Below, one piece after another: positions 31,128 to 43,701 of a stretch of DNA of 64,000 nucleotides (positions are counted from its first letter, which is position 1; each line of letters opens with the position of its first letter). The position numbers and the translations under genes were made by a program. The notes beneath the pieces were generated by a model. That model was not told the DNA's origin. It saw nothing but the letters and a program-made list of their open reading frames with translations, and searched no databases. The DNA comes from Diplonema japonicum (taxonomy: Eukaryota > Protista > Euglenozoa: Diplonemea): NCBI GenBank assembly GCA_964019335.1, contig OZ025721.1:248001-312000 (forward strand). The letters run 5' to 3'.

Positions 31128-34100
31128 ATGGCAAAGGCAATTCCAGCGAAAAAGGATGTGGCGAAGAAAAAGAAACCGGTGAAGAAAACACTGGAGGATG
31201 AAAAAGTTGAAAAATCAAAGAAGCGAAGGGAGAGAAGACAGAGCCGATCCACCGCGAGCAAAAGAAGGGAGCGACAGGAAAAACGCAAGTCCGATGGTCT
31301 GGAGGGAAAAGGAAAGGGGAAAGGAAAGCAAGTCCACACTATCCAAGGAGGTGTTGTGGTTGTGACGAAGGACAAGGAGTTCAAAATGGCCTTCAACAAG
31401 GCAGCGATGGACATGATCAACGCAAGGAAGCGCAATAAGGTTCAGCCGAAGCAGCTGACACCGTCCGTTGCATTCCTCGACAATGCCGTATCGATGCTTT
31501 CTTCCACGGGGTACTTTGGCGACCTTCCTGTGCAAGGCCCCCCTGGTCAGTTCATCAATGTTTCCGAGACTCTTGAAATCCTCTCCAAAATCGAGAAGAA
31601 AACCACAACTAAAAAGTCCAAAGACACAGAAGTTGACAAGCCTGAACAGACCGAAGAACTCGCCGAGCAAGACAAGCCCAACAAGGGTGCCCTGGACAGA
31701 GCCAGGAAGCTCCTTCAAGAACGAAGCAGCACCCTCCCCATCTTCGACCTCCTCCGCGACCAGTCTCAAGCCAAGCGCGACGAGGGGATCTCTAAAATAA
31801 CCGCTCTTCTTAAAACGCACCTCAAAGACAAAGAACTCCCCGCCGACGCAAAGCCTTCCAAGCTGGACAAGATCATGGGTTCCATTCCCTCCTACATCCT
31901 GACTCGTCTCATCAAGGGTCTGTCCTCTTCAGCTGGTGGTGCACGTCTTGGGTTCACGCAGGCCCTGTCTGCAATCCTTGTCAAGACTCAAATCCCCACC
32001 GACTACTTCCTCACTCAGCTTGACAATTTTCTCCCGACCCCTCCCAAGAATGAGCTTGGTCCTGAACAGAAACAGACCGCATGGGGTGTTGCCTTCGGTT
32101 GCCTGGCGGTGATGTCCAGCGGCAGGAAGATGGAAAGGGTCGTTATCATGACACTCGTTGAGAAGCTCACCTCCATCTCCGAGATGCTCGCACCTGTAAG
32201 GGAGCTTTGTGCCTCACTTCTTGCGCACCTCATCGACACGTGCGACGCGGCCATCACTCAAAAGGCCATCCTCCCAAAGGTGAGCGAGAGATACTTCTCC
32301 AGCAAGATCGAGGCCTGGTCCGCGGAGGCTGTATTCCTGTACGTTAAGCTGTACCGATCTGAGGTGTCGATCCCAGAGTCATTGAGCACGGTTTTCACGC
32401 ATTCCATGGCCAGCGAAGAGGTTGCTGCAAAATTCAGTAAGGTGTTGCTGGAAGGGAAGCAGTCTGCGTTTGCGTTCTATCCCAGAATGCACATGGTGTG
32501 GGACGAGTGGATGGGTTACATCTCGAAAGGGTCTGTCAAGGATAAGACGAAGGGATCGCACAAGATGGCTGAAAGGCTGCGAGTCATGTGGAACGCTATC
32601 ATCGTCGAGAAGTTGTCCACAGTGGACGACAGGAAGTACAAGGCACTCTCCGAGTACTTGGTGTCTAAGGTTGTTGACATTATTATTAAGTCCTCAGTGG
32701 CTCACCTCCCCGACCGCACTGCTCTGCTAGCCGATCTTGGGCGCACCCACCCGGGTATCACAACAGAACTTCTCAGGAGATGCTCCAGCAGCGAAACCGC
32801 ACCGCTGAAAGGCAGAGATCCCAAGGCAGAAGCTGAGGGTCTCATGAAGCAGCTGTTCGAGCTGAACTCAACAAATATCAAAGAGAAGCTGCAGGTTGGA
32901 GATGAGGAGATGAAGGTGCAGGACGAGTCAGAGTCGGACAGCAACGAGGACGAGGATATGAAGTCAGGTGACGAAGAGGAAGAGGAGGAACCCGTCATGG
33001 AGGAAGAGGGGGACAGAGAGGGGTACAACAGATTCGCTTTCAACATGAGGAAGGTAATCCTCTCAGAGATGAAGAAACTGGCCCTGACGGAGGGGCTTCT
33101 ACAGGAACATCCCGGGGCCTTCCAGACAATCGGACAGTTCTTCCTCACCCACGCATTCTTCACCGTCCCCGAGGGTGCCGTCGATGGTGACGGCTTCATG
33201 TCAATGGAGACCTTCACATCTGTTCTGCGCAATGAGTGCGCCGATCATCTCTACAGCCTCATCAAGCACTACCACTCGCAAGCGTCGGGAACACGCACGG
33301 AAGCAGCAGCTGTCCGCAAGGTGTGTTCAAACGTACTTCCGAACTTCGTGAAGCACTACCAGAGGCTCACAGCCGATGTGGGGAGCCAGGCATTGTATGA
33401 GCAGATCCCTGAGACAGAGAAGATCCTCAAGAAGATCGGGAAGTTCGTTTCAACAGGGTCTGGGAAGTGTGCGCAGTCCGTTAAGGGCAGCAACGTTGTC
33501 GATGCGCACCACAAGCCACACGTCGAGGCGCTTCTGTGCTTGCAGTTCTTCACTGTCGTCGTCGAGGGCCCCGAGCTGGCTGACAGCGAGGACATCCTTG
33601 AGAGCATTTCCACCGCCGTTGCCGACGTCGGGAAAATCTTCACCTCTGGCCAGTACGTCGCTAAAGACCTGCTCGACACCATGCTGTCGATGAACATCAG
33701 AATGCCGAGCGAGGCCGCACAGCACCTTGCCGCCGTCACCAACAAGTATGACAATCATCACATAAAACACATCACAGGGTGTCCCTGGCCATCATGGAAC
33801 ACATGGTCTCTGACCACCTGAAGTCCGCTAGCGACATCGAGGTACTGATGAGCCCTCTGAACGACGAGAGCTTTACAGTGGTGGAAGATGGTGTGGACCC
33901 TGAAGCGATGGGGATAGATGACGAAGAGGAGGAGGAAGATGAAGATGAAGAGATCGACGCCGAGGACCCGAAGGCGAACAAGGCAGCCATCGAGAAACAG
34001 ATGAAGCACGTATGTTGTTCTATCCACATGACATTGTTCTACAGGCAAGGATGAGGTGCCTGCAGTTCTTGCAAGCGTACCTGAATAAGACAAAATCGGC

Positions 34101-35796
34101 AACACCTTACGTGGGTGCCATCGCCGGGCCTATCGCCAGGATTGCCGAGCTGTCCCTTCCAAGGATCACGAAGTCGAAAGGGCAAAATCAGGCCTGGGGT
34201 GAAAAGGACGTGTCGCAGCTGCAGAACGCATCACCCGTTCTGTCGGGGTGCTGTGCTGTCCTGCTGCTGCTGTCAAAGTGTCCTTTGTCAGGGCAGGTGA
34301 AGGAGTGGAAGAAGGCATACCCCGAGCTTGCAAAAGAAGCCTTGGCAGCTTTGGAATCTCTTTCCGCAATTTACTGCAAAGATAAGGAGAAGATGCAAGA
34401 GAAGGAAGGGAAACATCTGAAGGTGCTGTTGATAAAAACTATCATGACCTTGGTGGGCATTGTGCACCTTGCGGAAGGCGACATTATTATTGTGCACTCG
34501 AGCATTGAGAACATTCTGAAGACAAGGTCCCTCTCGTCGCAGTTTACGGAGGCTGTGCTGGGACTGTACGGGAGGTGCCCCTCGGCAGTTGGGTTGGGGG
34601 TCCTGCCTCCTCTTGCGTCTGTTCTCTCAGATCAGTCAGGGAGGCCATTCCACAGAAAGGTGCTTTTCGAGATTGCAAGCACTCTTTCGTCCAAGTGGAC
34701 CTTCCTTGAGCAGCTCAAAGCTTCTAGCCCCACCTCCCATGCCAGCACTGTCCTGTCTCTTACCAATTGTGCTCGAGCTTTCAACCCCGCTTCGGTGTGA
34801 CTTTCTTTCGAATGAGTGAAAATACAAATACAATCAACAGGACACCGACAGCTGGCGCAGTCGTGTTGCGCACCCTCCCGCCATCCAACTTCTTGTCACC
34901 GTTTCCAGGTACCTTGAAAAAACAAACGACGAGTGCAAGAAGAGCTTCTTCAAGAAAGCGAAACAGGTGTGATTTTCAAAAAACCGTTTTATTTCTTACC
35001 ACTCCTTTACAGACCATCGAAACTTTCGTAAACAACGCAACTGTTATCGATGTCGACACCAAGGCCGCACTCAGGAAGGCGTGGGAGCACATCAAACCTG
35101 CTCTTGACTACAGTGACACTGTCCAGGTGTGAAAATTGGGTTTAAAAAAATAAGCGGCTTCCGAGAATCGAACTCGGGTTTCTTCGGCCACAACGAAGTG
35201 TACTAACCACTATACGAAAACCGCTACGAAATGTTTTTGCGTCGATAATGACAAAAACATTCTATCACCAGTCGTAGTGAAGACTTCACCGCTCAGCCAA
35301 CTTGCAGTTCAGTCTATTGACGTCCTTTAAGTCCTTCTTGAGGACAACTGGCTCTTGATAAACATTTGTATTGGGCATAATCCCAACCCTAGGACTGACA
35401 TTTCTCTGCGTCAAGAACCAAAAAATATTCAGTCTATTTCACACTATTTCTCTTTGTAAACGGAGTAAATTTAAACATCCCTTTTTTTCTCTCTAGGTCA
35501 AGCCAAGGAAGCCTGTAGTGGAAGTAGAGAAACAAGAAGTGGATACAGAAGCATCGAGGAAAAGAAAGAGAGAGTCGGATGAAAAGGCTGTGGAAGCGGA
35601 GAAGCGAGCGGCAGAGCAGAAGCATTCTATAAAGAAGGCGAGGAAGGAAAAAAAGAAGGCAGAAATAGAAAAGGAGAAGGCAAAGTTCCAGGACGAAAAA
35701 AAGAAGTTCAAGAAGGACAAACCTGCTGAAGAACCTAAAAAGGCGAAGAAGGAAAGAAAGGAAAAGAAGGGCAAGAAAGAAGGGGAAAAGCAGTAG
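31128..35796 (+). CDS. POL5: DNA polymerase phi / MYBBP1A-like nucleolar protein; introns 33746-33777, 34010-34044, 34795-34840, 34967-35012, 35127-35496
   Basis: Signature YILTRLIKGLSSSAGGARLGFTQAL; K-rich termini. Five GT-AG introns join the ORF pieces in frame. Confidence 0.85.
35153..35224 (-). tRNA. tRNA-His(GTG), intronic, antisense to host gene
   Basis: Reverse complement GCGGTTT..CTTCG-TT-GTG-GC-CGAAG..CCGAG-TTCGATT-CTCGG-AAGCCGC-T; T7 terminator 2 nt further on. Confidence 0.95.
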
Positions 35797-36143
35797 GTCT
35801 TTTTTTTATATTTTATTTTAAACAATCATTTATAGTTTCCCCTCCCCTCCTTTCTGCATCAGAAGAGCTACATCCGCCCCTCTACCTGTCCCTACCCCTT
35901 CCTTCTTACCCTACGGTTAGGTTTGCAACATTAAAACATGACAGAAGTTCGTATATCATTTCCCTCTCCCCCCTTCCCCCCCTTTTTTTTCCAGCAACAT
36001 CATGAAACTTTTTTTCCTTCTTTTTTTTTTATTTTGTGTTTCAAAGTTTTTTTTTCTTCGAACTTTTTTCCTCATTTTGGAAGAATTGCACCGCAAAAAA
36101 TATCAAAAAGAAAAAAAAAGAGAAAAAGAAAACATAAGGAGAG

Positions 36144-38194
36144 ATGAAACGAGGATATGAAGACCGGCCGAACAACCCAGAGTGGGAAGCAAGGAAAAAA
36201 AAGAGCAGGGAGTTGAGAAGGGTTGCCAGGGAGCTGCCTGTCGCAGAGGCGGAGGAAGGGATTTTGGAGATGATTAGGGCGAACCAGGCAGTGGTGTTGA
36301 TCGGCGAGACGGGGTCGGGGAAAACGACGCAAGTGCCGCAGTTTTTGTTGAAGGAGTTGGACTTGAACGGGAAAAGGATAGGGGTGACACAGCCGAGAAG
36401 GATCGCCGCCGTGACCATTGCAAGACGTGTGGCGGAAGAGGTAGGCACAAAGGTAGGGGGCACAGTGGGGTACGCGGTTCGATTCGACGACACGACAAGT
36501 CCGAAGACAAAAATAAAATACATGACTGACGGTATTCTCATGAGAGAGCTTTTAACCTCCAAAAACCTCGATCAGTACAGTGTTCTCATCCTCGACGAGG
36601 CCCACGAAAGAACCGTGAACAGTGACGTGCTGCTCGGCCTCATCAAGGACCTGACAAGACGGCGCTCCGATCTCAAGATCATCGTCATGTCCGCAACGTT
36701 GAACGCCAGCACCTTCTCCGCCTTCTGGGGAAACTGCCCTGTTGGATACGTCCAGGGTCGAACCTACCCAGTTGAAATCTTTTATTCCGCAGAACCAATC
36801 AAAGATATCGTGGATGGTGCGGTGACCACCATCCTACAGGTTCACCTCGACCACCCCAACACCGATGGTGATATCCTTGTCTTTCTAACAGGGCAGGACA
36901 CTATCGAAGACTGTGCCCGCTGTCTTGAGGACAAAGTGTCTCTGTTTACATCTGAGAAACGATTGCTCATCGTCCCTCTCTACGCCAACCTCCCGCCGGA
37001 AAGACAAGCCCGTGCCTTTGTACCGCCGCCTGAGGGTGCTCGCAAGGTCATTCTCTCCACAAACGTTGCCGAGACCTCCCTCACAATCCCGAACATTCGG
37101 TACGTGGTAGACTCTGGTTTGGTGAAGGAGAACAGATACAACCCACGAACGGGGATGGAGAGTCTTATCGAAGTCGAGGTATCGCAAGCGCAGGCAAAGC
37201 AACGTTCTGGCCGAGCAGGACGTGTTCAAGAAGGAGAATGCTACAGGATGTACACTGAAGAGGCGTACCTTGGGTTGAACATCACCACGGAGCCTGAGAT
37301 TAAACGTGTGAACCTTGCCGGGGTGATCCTGGAACTGAAGCTGCTTGGGGTGGATGACCCGATGGCCTTCGACTTCATCGACCCCCCAAACAGACAGCAT
37401 CTTGTGGCTGCTTTGCATTTACTGTACCTTCTAGGAGCGCTTGGGAACGATGGAAAGGTGACAGAATGCGGTGCGCTGATCGGTTCGTTTCCCATTACCC
37501 CTACCCATGCGAAGGCACTGCTGCGTGGGCACGAACTTGGTGTGTTGGACTCTGTCGTGTCGATTCTTGCGATGCTCTCGGTGGACAATGTGCTGACAAA
37601 CCCGTCCAGGAGCGAAAGGGAGGTGGCTGATAAGAGGCGGTCTGCTTTCTCTTCGCCCCACGGGGACCATTTGTCTTTGCTGAATATGTTTTCCGATTTC
37701 AGGAAGCAGAAAAAAGTCGGGGAAAGGAAGGAATGGTGCAGGCAACTCTTCATCAACGAGAGAAAGATGCTGCAGGTCGCGGACGTCCGAAAGCAGCTGA
37801 TGGAAGTCTTCAAAACAAAGGTGAAAGGAAACGTTGAAGCGGACGAGATCGGTCCCGGGATGGACGCAGCTACCCAGATCAGGAAGGCCTTCTGCTCAGG
37901 GTTCTTCCTAAACGTGGCGCAGTACGATTTCGATAAAAAGATCTACGTTACCTCCGAGTCGCGACAGGAAGTAGGCATCCACCCAACCTCGGTTCTATTC
38001 AGACAAAGGACACGTCCTCCGCTCCTTATCTACAACGAGCTTGTTTACACGAAGAAGCGGTACGTCAGAGAAGTGATGTCAGGTACGTTAAGAGGAGGGG
38101 AAGAAAAAAAGAAAAAAAAAAAAAAACAGTTGAAGAGCAGTGGCTGATCGAAGCAGCTCCCGGAAAGTGGAGGAAAAAAGTCATGCAATCATAG
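36144..38194 (+). CDS. DEAH-box RNA helicase (DHX33/Dhr2-like); intron 38083-38129
   Basis: GETGSGKTTQ, TQPRRIAA, DEAHER, MSAT, STNVAETSLT, QRSGRAGR. Spliced end VREVMS|VEEQWLIEAAP. Confidence 0.92.
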
Positions 38195-38456
38195 AAAGGG
38201 GGGGAGAGAAATGAAAAGAAAAAAAAAAAAAAAAAAAAAAAAAACAAGGAAGCTTCTCTCTCCTTCTTTTTCTTCATTATCAATATCCACATCTATTTCT
38301 TTGTATGCCTGTCCCCCCCTCCCACCTTCTGATTCGTCTCCTTCAGCTTTCAACTGGTCACACCGGGCAAGCTCCTGCAAACGAAACTTCTGGCTGTCTC
38401 TTTTTTGCAATATCACAAAATGAAGGGAAGGAGGGGTGGGTTGTGAGAGATTAAAG

Positions 38457-39221
38457 ATGGAAGAGATGGAAGAAGACGAGCTGTTTGAAAGCTGGCTAAG
38501 AGAAGGAAAGGGCAGAATTCGAGAAGTGACCCCCGAGCCTCACAGCAGCTTCAAGTTGGGAAATGTCGTCATAAATGTGGGCGTCAGCAAGCTGATCGAT
38601 GACACGAACCTTTTTAACAACAACGCAGCCGATCAGGTACCGTACCAGGTCGCCCCTGAGAGGATTGGTGAAGACGGTTCGCTTGTTTTCGACGTAGTTG
38701 TTCATCCAAGCGTTCTCACTCCAAGTGGGAGCCGAGAATATTTAGAACGGTTGGTCAAGACTTTGAGAGTCGGGATCGAATCCCAGTGGCCAGGTTCCTT
38801 CTCCACCGACACTATCACACGGATCGAACCGCAGCCCTTGGAACCCCTCTTGATAGAGATCACCCGCAACCAGATGGACAGGGGGAAAACCGTGCTCAAG
38901 GCGGCCCTCCGACAGCAGCGAAAACCATACGAGATCGAACCGATGTCGAAAACAACCCTCAACATCCCCAAAGAAACAGACCCCGAATCTATCTCTGTTT
39001 CATACACCGAAGGGTCGCTCGAGATACGAATTAAGAACGGCGCAGACACAGTTTTAACGGAATACCACCACCTGCCTGAGAACACCAAAATGGAGCAAAT
39101 AAAAGTAGCACACCGATGTCGAACCGGGGTGCTGTGCGTACGAGTGTATGCTGACGAGGTGGATGCGAGGGCGGTGGTGTTGAGAAGGCAGCTTTTGAAA
39201 GCGAAGAAATGTCGACAGTAA
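38457..39221 (+). CDS. PIH1-like domain plus CS/HSP20-like domain protein
   Basis: VFDVVVHPSVL resembles PIH1; C-terminal beta-rich TLNIP..ISVSY..LEIRI. Confidence 0.5.
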   Translation: MEEMEEDELFESWLREGKGRIREVTPEPHSSFKLGNVVINVGVSKLIDDTNLFNNNAADQVPYQVAPERIGEDGSLVFDVVVHPSVLTPSGSREYLERLVKTLRVGIESQWPGSFSTDTITRIEPQPLEPLLIEITRNQMDRGKTVLKAALRQQRKPYEIEPMSKTTLNIPKETDPESISVSYTEGSLEIRIKNGADTVLTEYHHLPENTKMEQIKVAHRCRTGVLCVRVYADEVDARAVVLRRQLLKAKKCRQ

Positions 39222-39284
39222 AAGCCTTTTTTTTTTTTTTTTTAGCCCCGCCTCCCACATTGTTCAGCACTGCCCCCCCAGTTA

Positions 39285-40130
39285 ATGGCCTTCACATGCC
39301 CACTTACGTATTGCAACACTTGCTCTGATGTTGTCACGGAGTTGGAGGAAGACTACGAACCGAGCGAGACTGTTGGGGGTCTGTTTCGAAAAGGGTACCA
39401 CCGTGCTGTTGGGATGCAGTGTGCGAAGTGCTTTTCGAAAAAGGTTCAAAAGGAGAGCGTGCCTACAAAGTGTATGCTCCCGTCTGTGCGCCCGATGCCG
39501 CTGTCAGCCTTGAATAAGGCAACACGAGCGTCTATCCTCTCCGTGTGCGAAGGGAAGCTGCTGACAAAGCTTATTGAAAAGGGATGGAACCTGGACAAGA
39601 AGCATGGCCCCCACAGAGTACAGTCAGCTGACGAGACACGCACTCTTATCGACTGCATTGCAAAAGAGCTGGAGAAGGCCGTCCAGGAGTGCTTTGTCGT
39701 CTCGCAAAGAACGGAATGCCGTGGACAGCACTTCGTCACGAGTTCGAAAGAATGCAAAGGACTAGCTTCAAAGGAGGATTCTCATCTGTCTACTTGTTGC
39801 CGGGTTCAGTGCCCTGTTTGCTTGAAAAGTCTGTGCTACTACTGTGGATATCCTTTAGTTGACAGACATGCTCAGTGCCCTGATTTCCTTTCTGACCACT
39901 CCTCATTCCCCCTTGACCCCCTTCCTGCTTTCGCCCTTTTTCATCATCTCAGGCTACTCAGGCTGCTCTGTGCGATCCGTGCCTCTTCAGGTCCCGTCTT
40001 CGATTTCGTTGCCGTGCACAAACCGCATCTCCTTTCCTCTGTGAACGTCACGTTCCAAGAGCTGCAAGCTTACCCGCCCCCTCCTGGGCACAGCAGGGAC
40101 AATCCGGCTCACACTTATGCATGGCCGTGA
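39285..40130 (+). CDS. Cys-rich IBR/RBR-like zinc-finger protein
   Basis: C..C..CPVCLKSLCYYCG..H..C spacing. Confidence 0.55.
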   Translation: MAFTCPLTYCNTCSDVVTELEEDYEPSETVGGLFRKGYHRAVGMQCAKCFSKKVQKESVPTKCMLPSVRPMPLSALNKATRASILSVCEGKLLTKLIEKGWNLDKKHGPHRVQSADETRTLIDCIAKELEKAVQECFVVSQRTECRGQHFVTSSKECKGLASKEDSHLSTCCRVQCPVCLKSLCYYCGYPLVDRHAQCPDFLSDHSSFPLDPLPAFALFHHLRLLRLLCAIRASSGPVFDFVAVHKPHLLSSVNVTFQELQAYPPPPGHSRDNPAHTYAWP

Positions 40131-40255
40131 TTTCTTTTCAGGAATCACTTTTACACATTGCTTCTTTTTCTTTTTTTTTTTTGCGCATTTCTTTTTCTTC
40201 ATCGGTTTAAGTTAAACAAAGCGTAAACAGAGAGGGGAAAAAAAAAGAAAAAAAG

Positions 40256-42211
40256 ATGGACGAAAAAAGAACAGACCCTGGAGACAACCAGCTCAAAACG
40301 CGGAAAGAGTTTATCGTGAGATATGGAGGGCTCACGGAGTGGGAGAAGGCAGCACTGGTAAAGGTGGAAAAGCGGGTGGACCCCGCAGACGGGAACTGGT
40401 ACACAAAGGAAGAGTTTATAGCGTGTTACAAAGGAACAACGCAGTGGGACCGTGCCGCGGAAGAGTACAGGATTGACAAGAGCGACGGGAAGGCCTACAC
40501 AAAGAAAGACTTCATAATCTGCTACGGGGGAACCGCAGAATGGGACAAAGCAAGAGCTGTAGGGAGTAAAGAAGCAGAACCCGAACCTAAACCAGAAGAG
40601 GATTTGACCGAGCCTGACGCTGTCGAGGTGCCTTCACCCACACCGGAACAACCACCTGTGACATCCGAACCTGCACCCGTGAAGCCCAGCATTCCTGGAC
40701 GCAAGGCAGAACGCAAGGTAATCTCGCTGACACCCGAACAGTTGAAGGAGTTTACAAAACGGCAAGCGAGCGAAAAACCGTCCCCGAGAGCGCCCCCGAA
40801 GGCAGCCCTTCCCCGCGTCGACTCGAGCAGGAGCTCGGGACCCGACAGCAGGCCGTCGCCTAGCCCCGTGATACAAAAAGTGCTGAGAGGGTACAGCGCA
40901 ACCGAAGGTATCCCCGACGCCAAGCTAACAATGGTGACGGACAAGAACGGACTGTCTCAAATGGGTATGGTGGTGGTGGGGCATGTTGACGCTGGTAAGA
41001 GCACACTAATGGGCCACCTTCTGTGCGACTTGGAGGTTGTGTCAAAGAGAATGCTGCACAAGTACGAGAAAGAGTCAAAGGCGATCGGGAAGCAGTCGTT
41101 CCAGTACGCATGGGTGCTGGACGAGACAGAAGAGGAGAGGGAGAGAGGGGTCACGATGGATGTCGCCACCGCGAACTTCCAAACTCCGACAAAACAAGTC
41201 ACACTGCTCGATGCCCCAGGACACTCCGCCTTTGTGGGGAACACGTGCAACGGAGTGACACAGGCCGACATGGCGGTCATCGTCATCAACGCAGTGCAAG
41301 GCGAGTTCGAAGCGGGGCTCGAGCGCGGACAGACGCGCGAGCACATCTTCATCCTCCGCGGGTCGGGCATCAAGCACATCATCATCGCCGTCAACAAGAT
41401 CGACACGGTGCCCAAGAGCCAGGAACGGTTCGAAGAGATCCGTGCAAAGCTCTCCACATTTCTCGACGATACCGGTTTCCGTAAGGAAAACCTCACTTGG
41501 GTCCCTGTCTCCGGGCTGCACGGCTACAACCTGACCACAAAACCAAACGATGCCATACCATGGTGGGAAGGCCCGACTCTGCTCGAAGCCATAAATCAAA
41601 TCCCGCAGATGACGCGTGCGACGAACCTGCCCCTTAGGATGAGCATCTCGGACGTTGCGAAAAACGCGGTGGGAGGCAGGATCGAAACCGGGTCTCTGAA
41701 AAAAGGCGATAAAGTGGGGATTCAGCCTGGCGGCGAGGTGGGCGTTGTGAAGCAGATCGAGAGGAACCACACTGCGGTGGACGAGGCCTTTGCAGGAGAC
41801 CATGTCGAGCTCCTCCTCACCGGGACGGATCCGGCCAATGTGCTCATTGGCATGGCCGTGTCCTCCCTCTCCCTCCCTGTCAGGGTCAGCAACATCTTTG
41901 AAGCCCAGGTGATGGTGGTCTCACCGGGGGTCATGATCACCAAGAGCTACAAGTGCGTAGTGCACATCCAGTCCGCAGTCATCGACGCTACTATTTCTAA
42001 GATGCTCCCCTTGAATGGGAAGACTACCCGCTTCCTCACTCAAGGCAAGACCGGGCTTGTGAAATTTACCCTCTCTCGTGCCATCCCTGTCGAGGTCCTC
42101 TCTGAGTTCAAGGGCTTTGGCAGGATCGTCGTGAGGTCGGAGGGCCTCACCGTGGCAATGGGGGCAGTCACCAAGATTTATATCGAAGAGACACAGAAGT
42201 GCTTGGGGTGA
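40256..42211 (+). CDS. HBS1: HBS1-like translational GTPase with three N-terminal repeats
   Basis: GHVDAGKSTLMGHLL, KQSFQYAWVLDETEEERERGVT, LDAPGH, NKID, PVSG; EF-Tu-like domains II/III. Confidence 0.9.
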   Translation: MDEKRTDPGDNQLKTRKEFIVRYGGLTEWEKAALVKVEKRVDPADGNWYTKEEFIACYKGTTQWDRAAEEYRIDKSDGKAYTKKDFIICYGGTAEWDKARAVGSKEAEPEPKPEEDLTEPDAVEVPSPTPEQPPVTSEPAPVKPSIPGRKAERKVISLTPEQLKEFTKRQASEKPSPRAPPKAALPRVDSSRSSGPDSRPSPSPVIQKVLRGYSATEGIPDAKLTMVTDKNGLSQMGMVVVGHVDAGKSTLMGHLLCDLEVVSKRMLHKYEKESKAIGKQSFQYAWVLDETEEERERGVTMDVATANFQTPTKQVTLLDAPGHSAFVGNTCNGVTQADMAVIVINAVQGEFEAGLERGQTREHIFILRGSGIKHIIIAVNKIDTVPKSQERFEEIRAKLSTFLDDTGFRKENLTWVPVSGLHGYNLTTKPNDAIPWWEGPTLLEAINQIPQMTRATNLPLRMSISDVAKNAVGGRIETGSLKKGDKVGIQPGGEVGVVKQIERNHTAVDEAFAGDHVELLLTGTDPANVLIGMAVSSLSLPVRVSNIFEAQVMVVSPGVMITKSYKCVVHIQSAVIDATISKMLPLNGKTTRFLTQGKTGLVKFTLSRAIPVEVLSEFKGFGRIVVRSEGLTVAMGAVTKIYIEETQKCLG

Positions 42212-42530
42212 GGAATATCTTAAGTGTTTGTGTGTCCCCCTTCTTCTTATTCAAAGTTTTTTTCTTTTTTCTTTTTTTTTTTTTTTGTTCTTCCTCTTTT
42301 TTTCCCCCTAACTAAAACCAAGAGAAGAGAAGAATAGAATGGAAAAAAAAAAGAAAGAAAAAAGAGAAAAAAATCAAAAAAAAGAGAAGATGACAGTAAA
42401 CGAGAGAACACAAAATACAAGAAGAAAAAAAAAAAACATATTTCCCCCCCTCCCCATTTCCTTCTATTCTGTTCTTTCCTCCCCCCCCCCCTTTTTTTTC
42501 TGTTCTCCGTTTCCGGAAATCTTGAAAAGA

Positions 42531-43433
42531 ATGGATGGGTTCACAAAAAAATGGACGGAGCTCACGGAAAGCGATGTAGCCAGGACACAGTATGGGGAGT
42601 GGGAAGAACGGGAAGTGGGAGGGCCGCATAGATTCATCGTGAAACACAACGAGGGCCACTGGGGGAAAAAGCGGGGCGGACGGCATGCACCGCAAAAAGC
42701 AGAAGTAGTCTCCGGGTTCAACTCCGACGCCTTCAACTTCCTAAAGATAACCCCACAGGAAATCATAGGTTCCGTGGATAAGGAAGGCACTCTGACACTA
42801 GACAGCACCGATTCTACAGAAGGTCTTTTAATCTTCAACGTGAGCCCTATGTTCGCTGGCCACTCGCTCATCACACCCTATCCTCAGAGGAAATACCCCC
42901 AGGTTATGGTGAAACCCGGACTAGAGATGGCTTTAAATTTCATACAAAAAGTTTCAGACCCCTTGGGGAGACTCGTCTTTAATTCACTTGGTGCTTTTGC
43001 CTCTGTTAATCACCTTCACTTCCACTACCTCTGTCAACGGTTCCCTGTTGAAAACTGCTCGGTTTTTGGATCCGTTCCGGGAAGAAACCACCTTTTCAAG
43101 ATGTTCACTGACTACCCCACCGTAGTCTTGGTGGTGCAGACCTCTCCTGTTGACCCGCTGATGGGGTTCTTGGAGTTTCTTACTGCACGATCGATTCCTT
43201 TTAACCTGCTTTTTACACCCAAAACCGTGTATATCTTCCCCCGCAAGAACCAAGTGCACAATGTAGGGGTTTACAGGATGGCGGTGGCGGAGGTCTCCGG
43301 CTGCCCCATTGTACAAAATCGTGAGGAGTACACAAACATCACAGACGAGGCCTACAGCCGCTCTATGGCCGAGGAAATCTGCCCAGAGGACGACACTTTG
43401 AGGGAGATATGGAACTACTTTGAAGGATTGTGA
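42531..43433 (+). CDS. GDP-D-glucose / GDP-L-galactose phosphorylase family (GDPGP1/VTC2-like)
   Basis: FNSDAFNFLK, NVSPMFAGHSL, FNSLGAFASVNHLHFH (HIT-like), IPFNL, YIFPR. Confidence 0.88.
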   Translation: MDGFTKKWTELTESDVARTQYGEWEEREVGGPHRFIVKHNEGHWGKKRGGRHAPQKAEVVSGFNSDAFNFLKITPQEIIGSVDKEGTLTLDSTDSTEGLLIFNVSPMFAGHSLITPYPQRKYPQVMVKPGLEMALNFIQKVSDPLGRLVFNSLGAFASVNHLHFHYLCQRFPVENCSVFGSVPGRNHLFKMFTDYPTVVLVVQTSPVDPLMGFLEFLTARSIPFNLLFTPKTVYIFPRKNQVHNVGVYRMAVAEVSGCPIVQNREEYTNITDEAYSRSMAEEICPEDDTLREIWNYFEGL

Positions 43434-43607
43434 CCGCTCTTGGGTGTCTTTTTTTTCTTCTTTTTTTAAACTAAATTCTCCTTTAAAAAAAAAAAAAAAA
43501 AGCTCTTCTCCCAAAAAAAAAAAAAAAAACAAAACAAAACAAAAAATTCAGGAAACGGGCAACTGAACAAAAAAGGGGACCTTCAATGCGGTAAACGAAG
43601 AAGGAAA

Positions 43608-43641
<34 letters not shown>

Positions 43642-43701
43642 CGTGTTCTAAGTCAGAAAAAAAAAAAGAAAAAAAAGGGGGGGAAAGAGAGAGAACAAAA
43701 A

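Noticed and set aside
35225-35496. Possible snRNA/snoRNA divergent from tRNA-His, as in trypanosomatids
   Set aside because: No recognisable U1/U2/U4/U5/U6, 7SL or clean C/D box motifs; only a short hairpin near 35228-35262.
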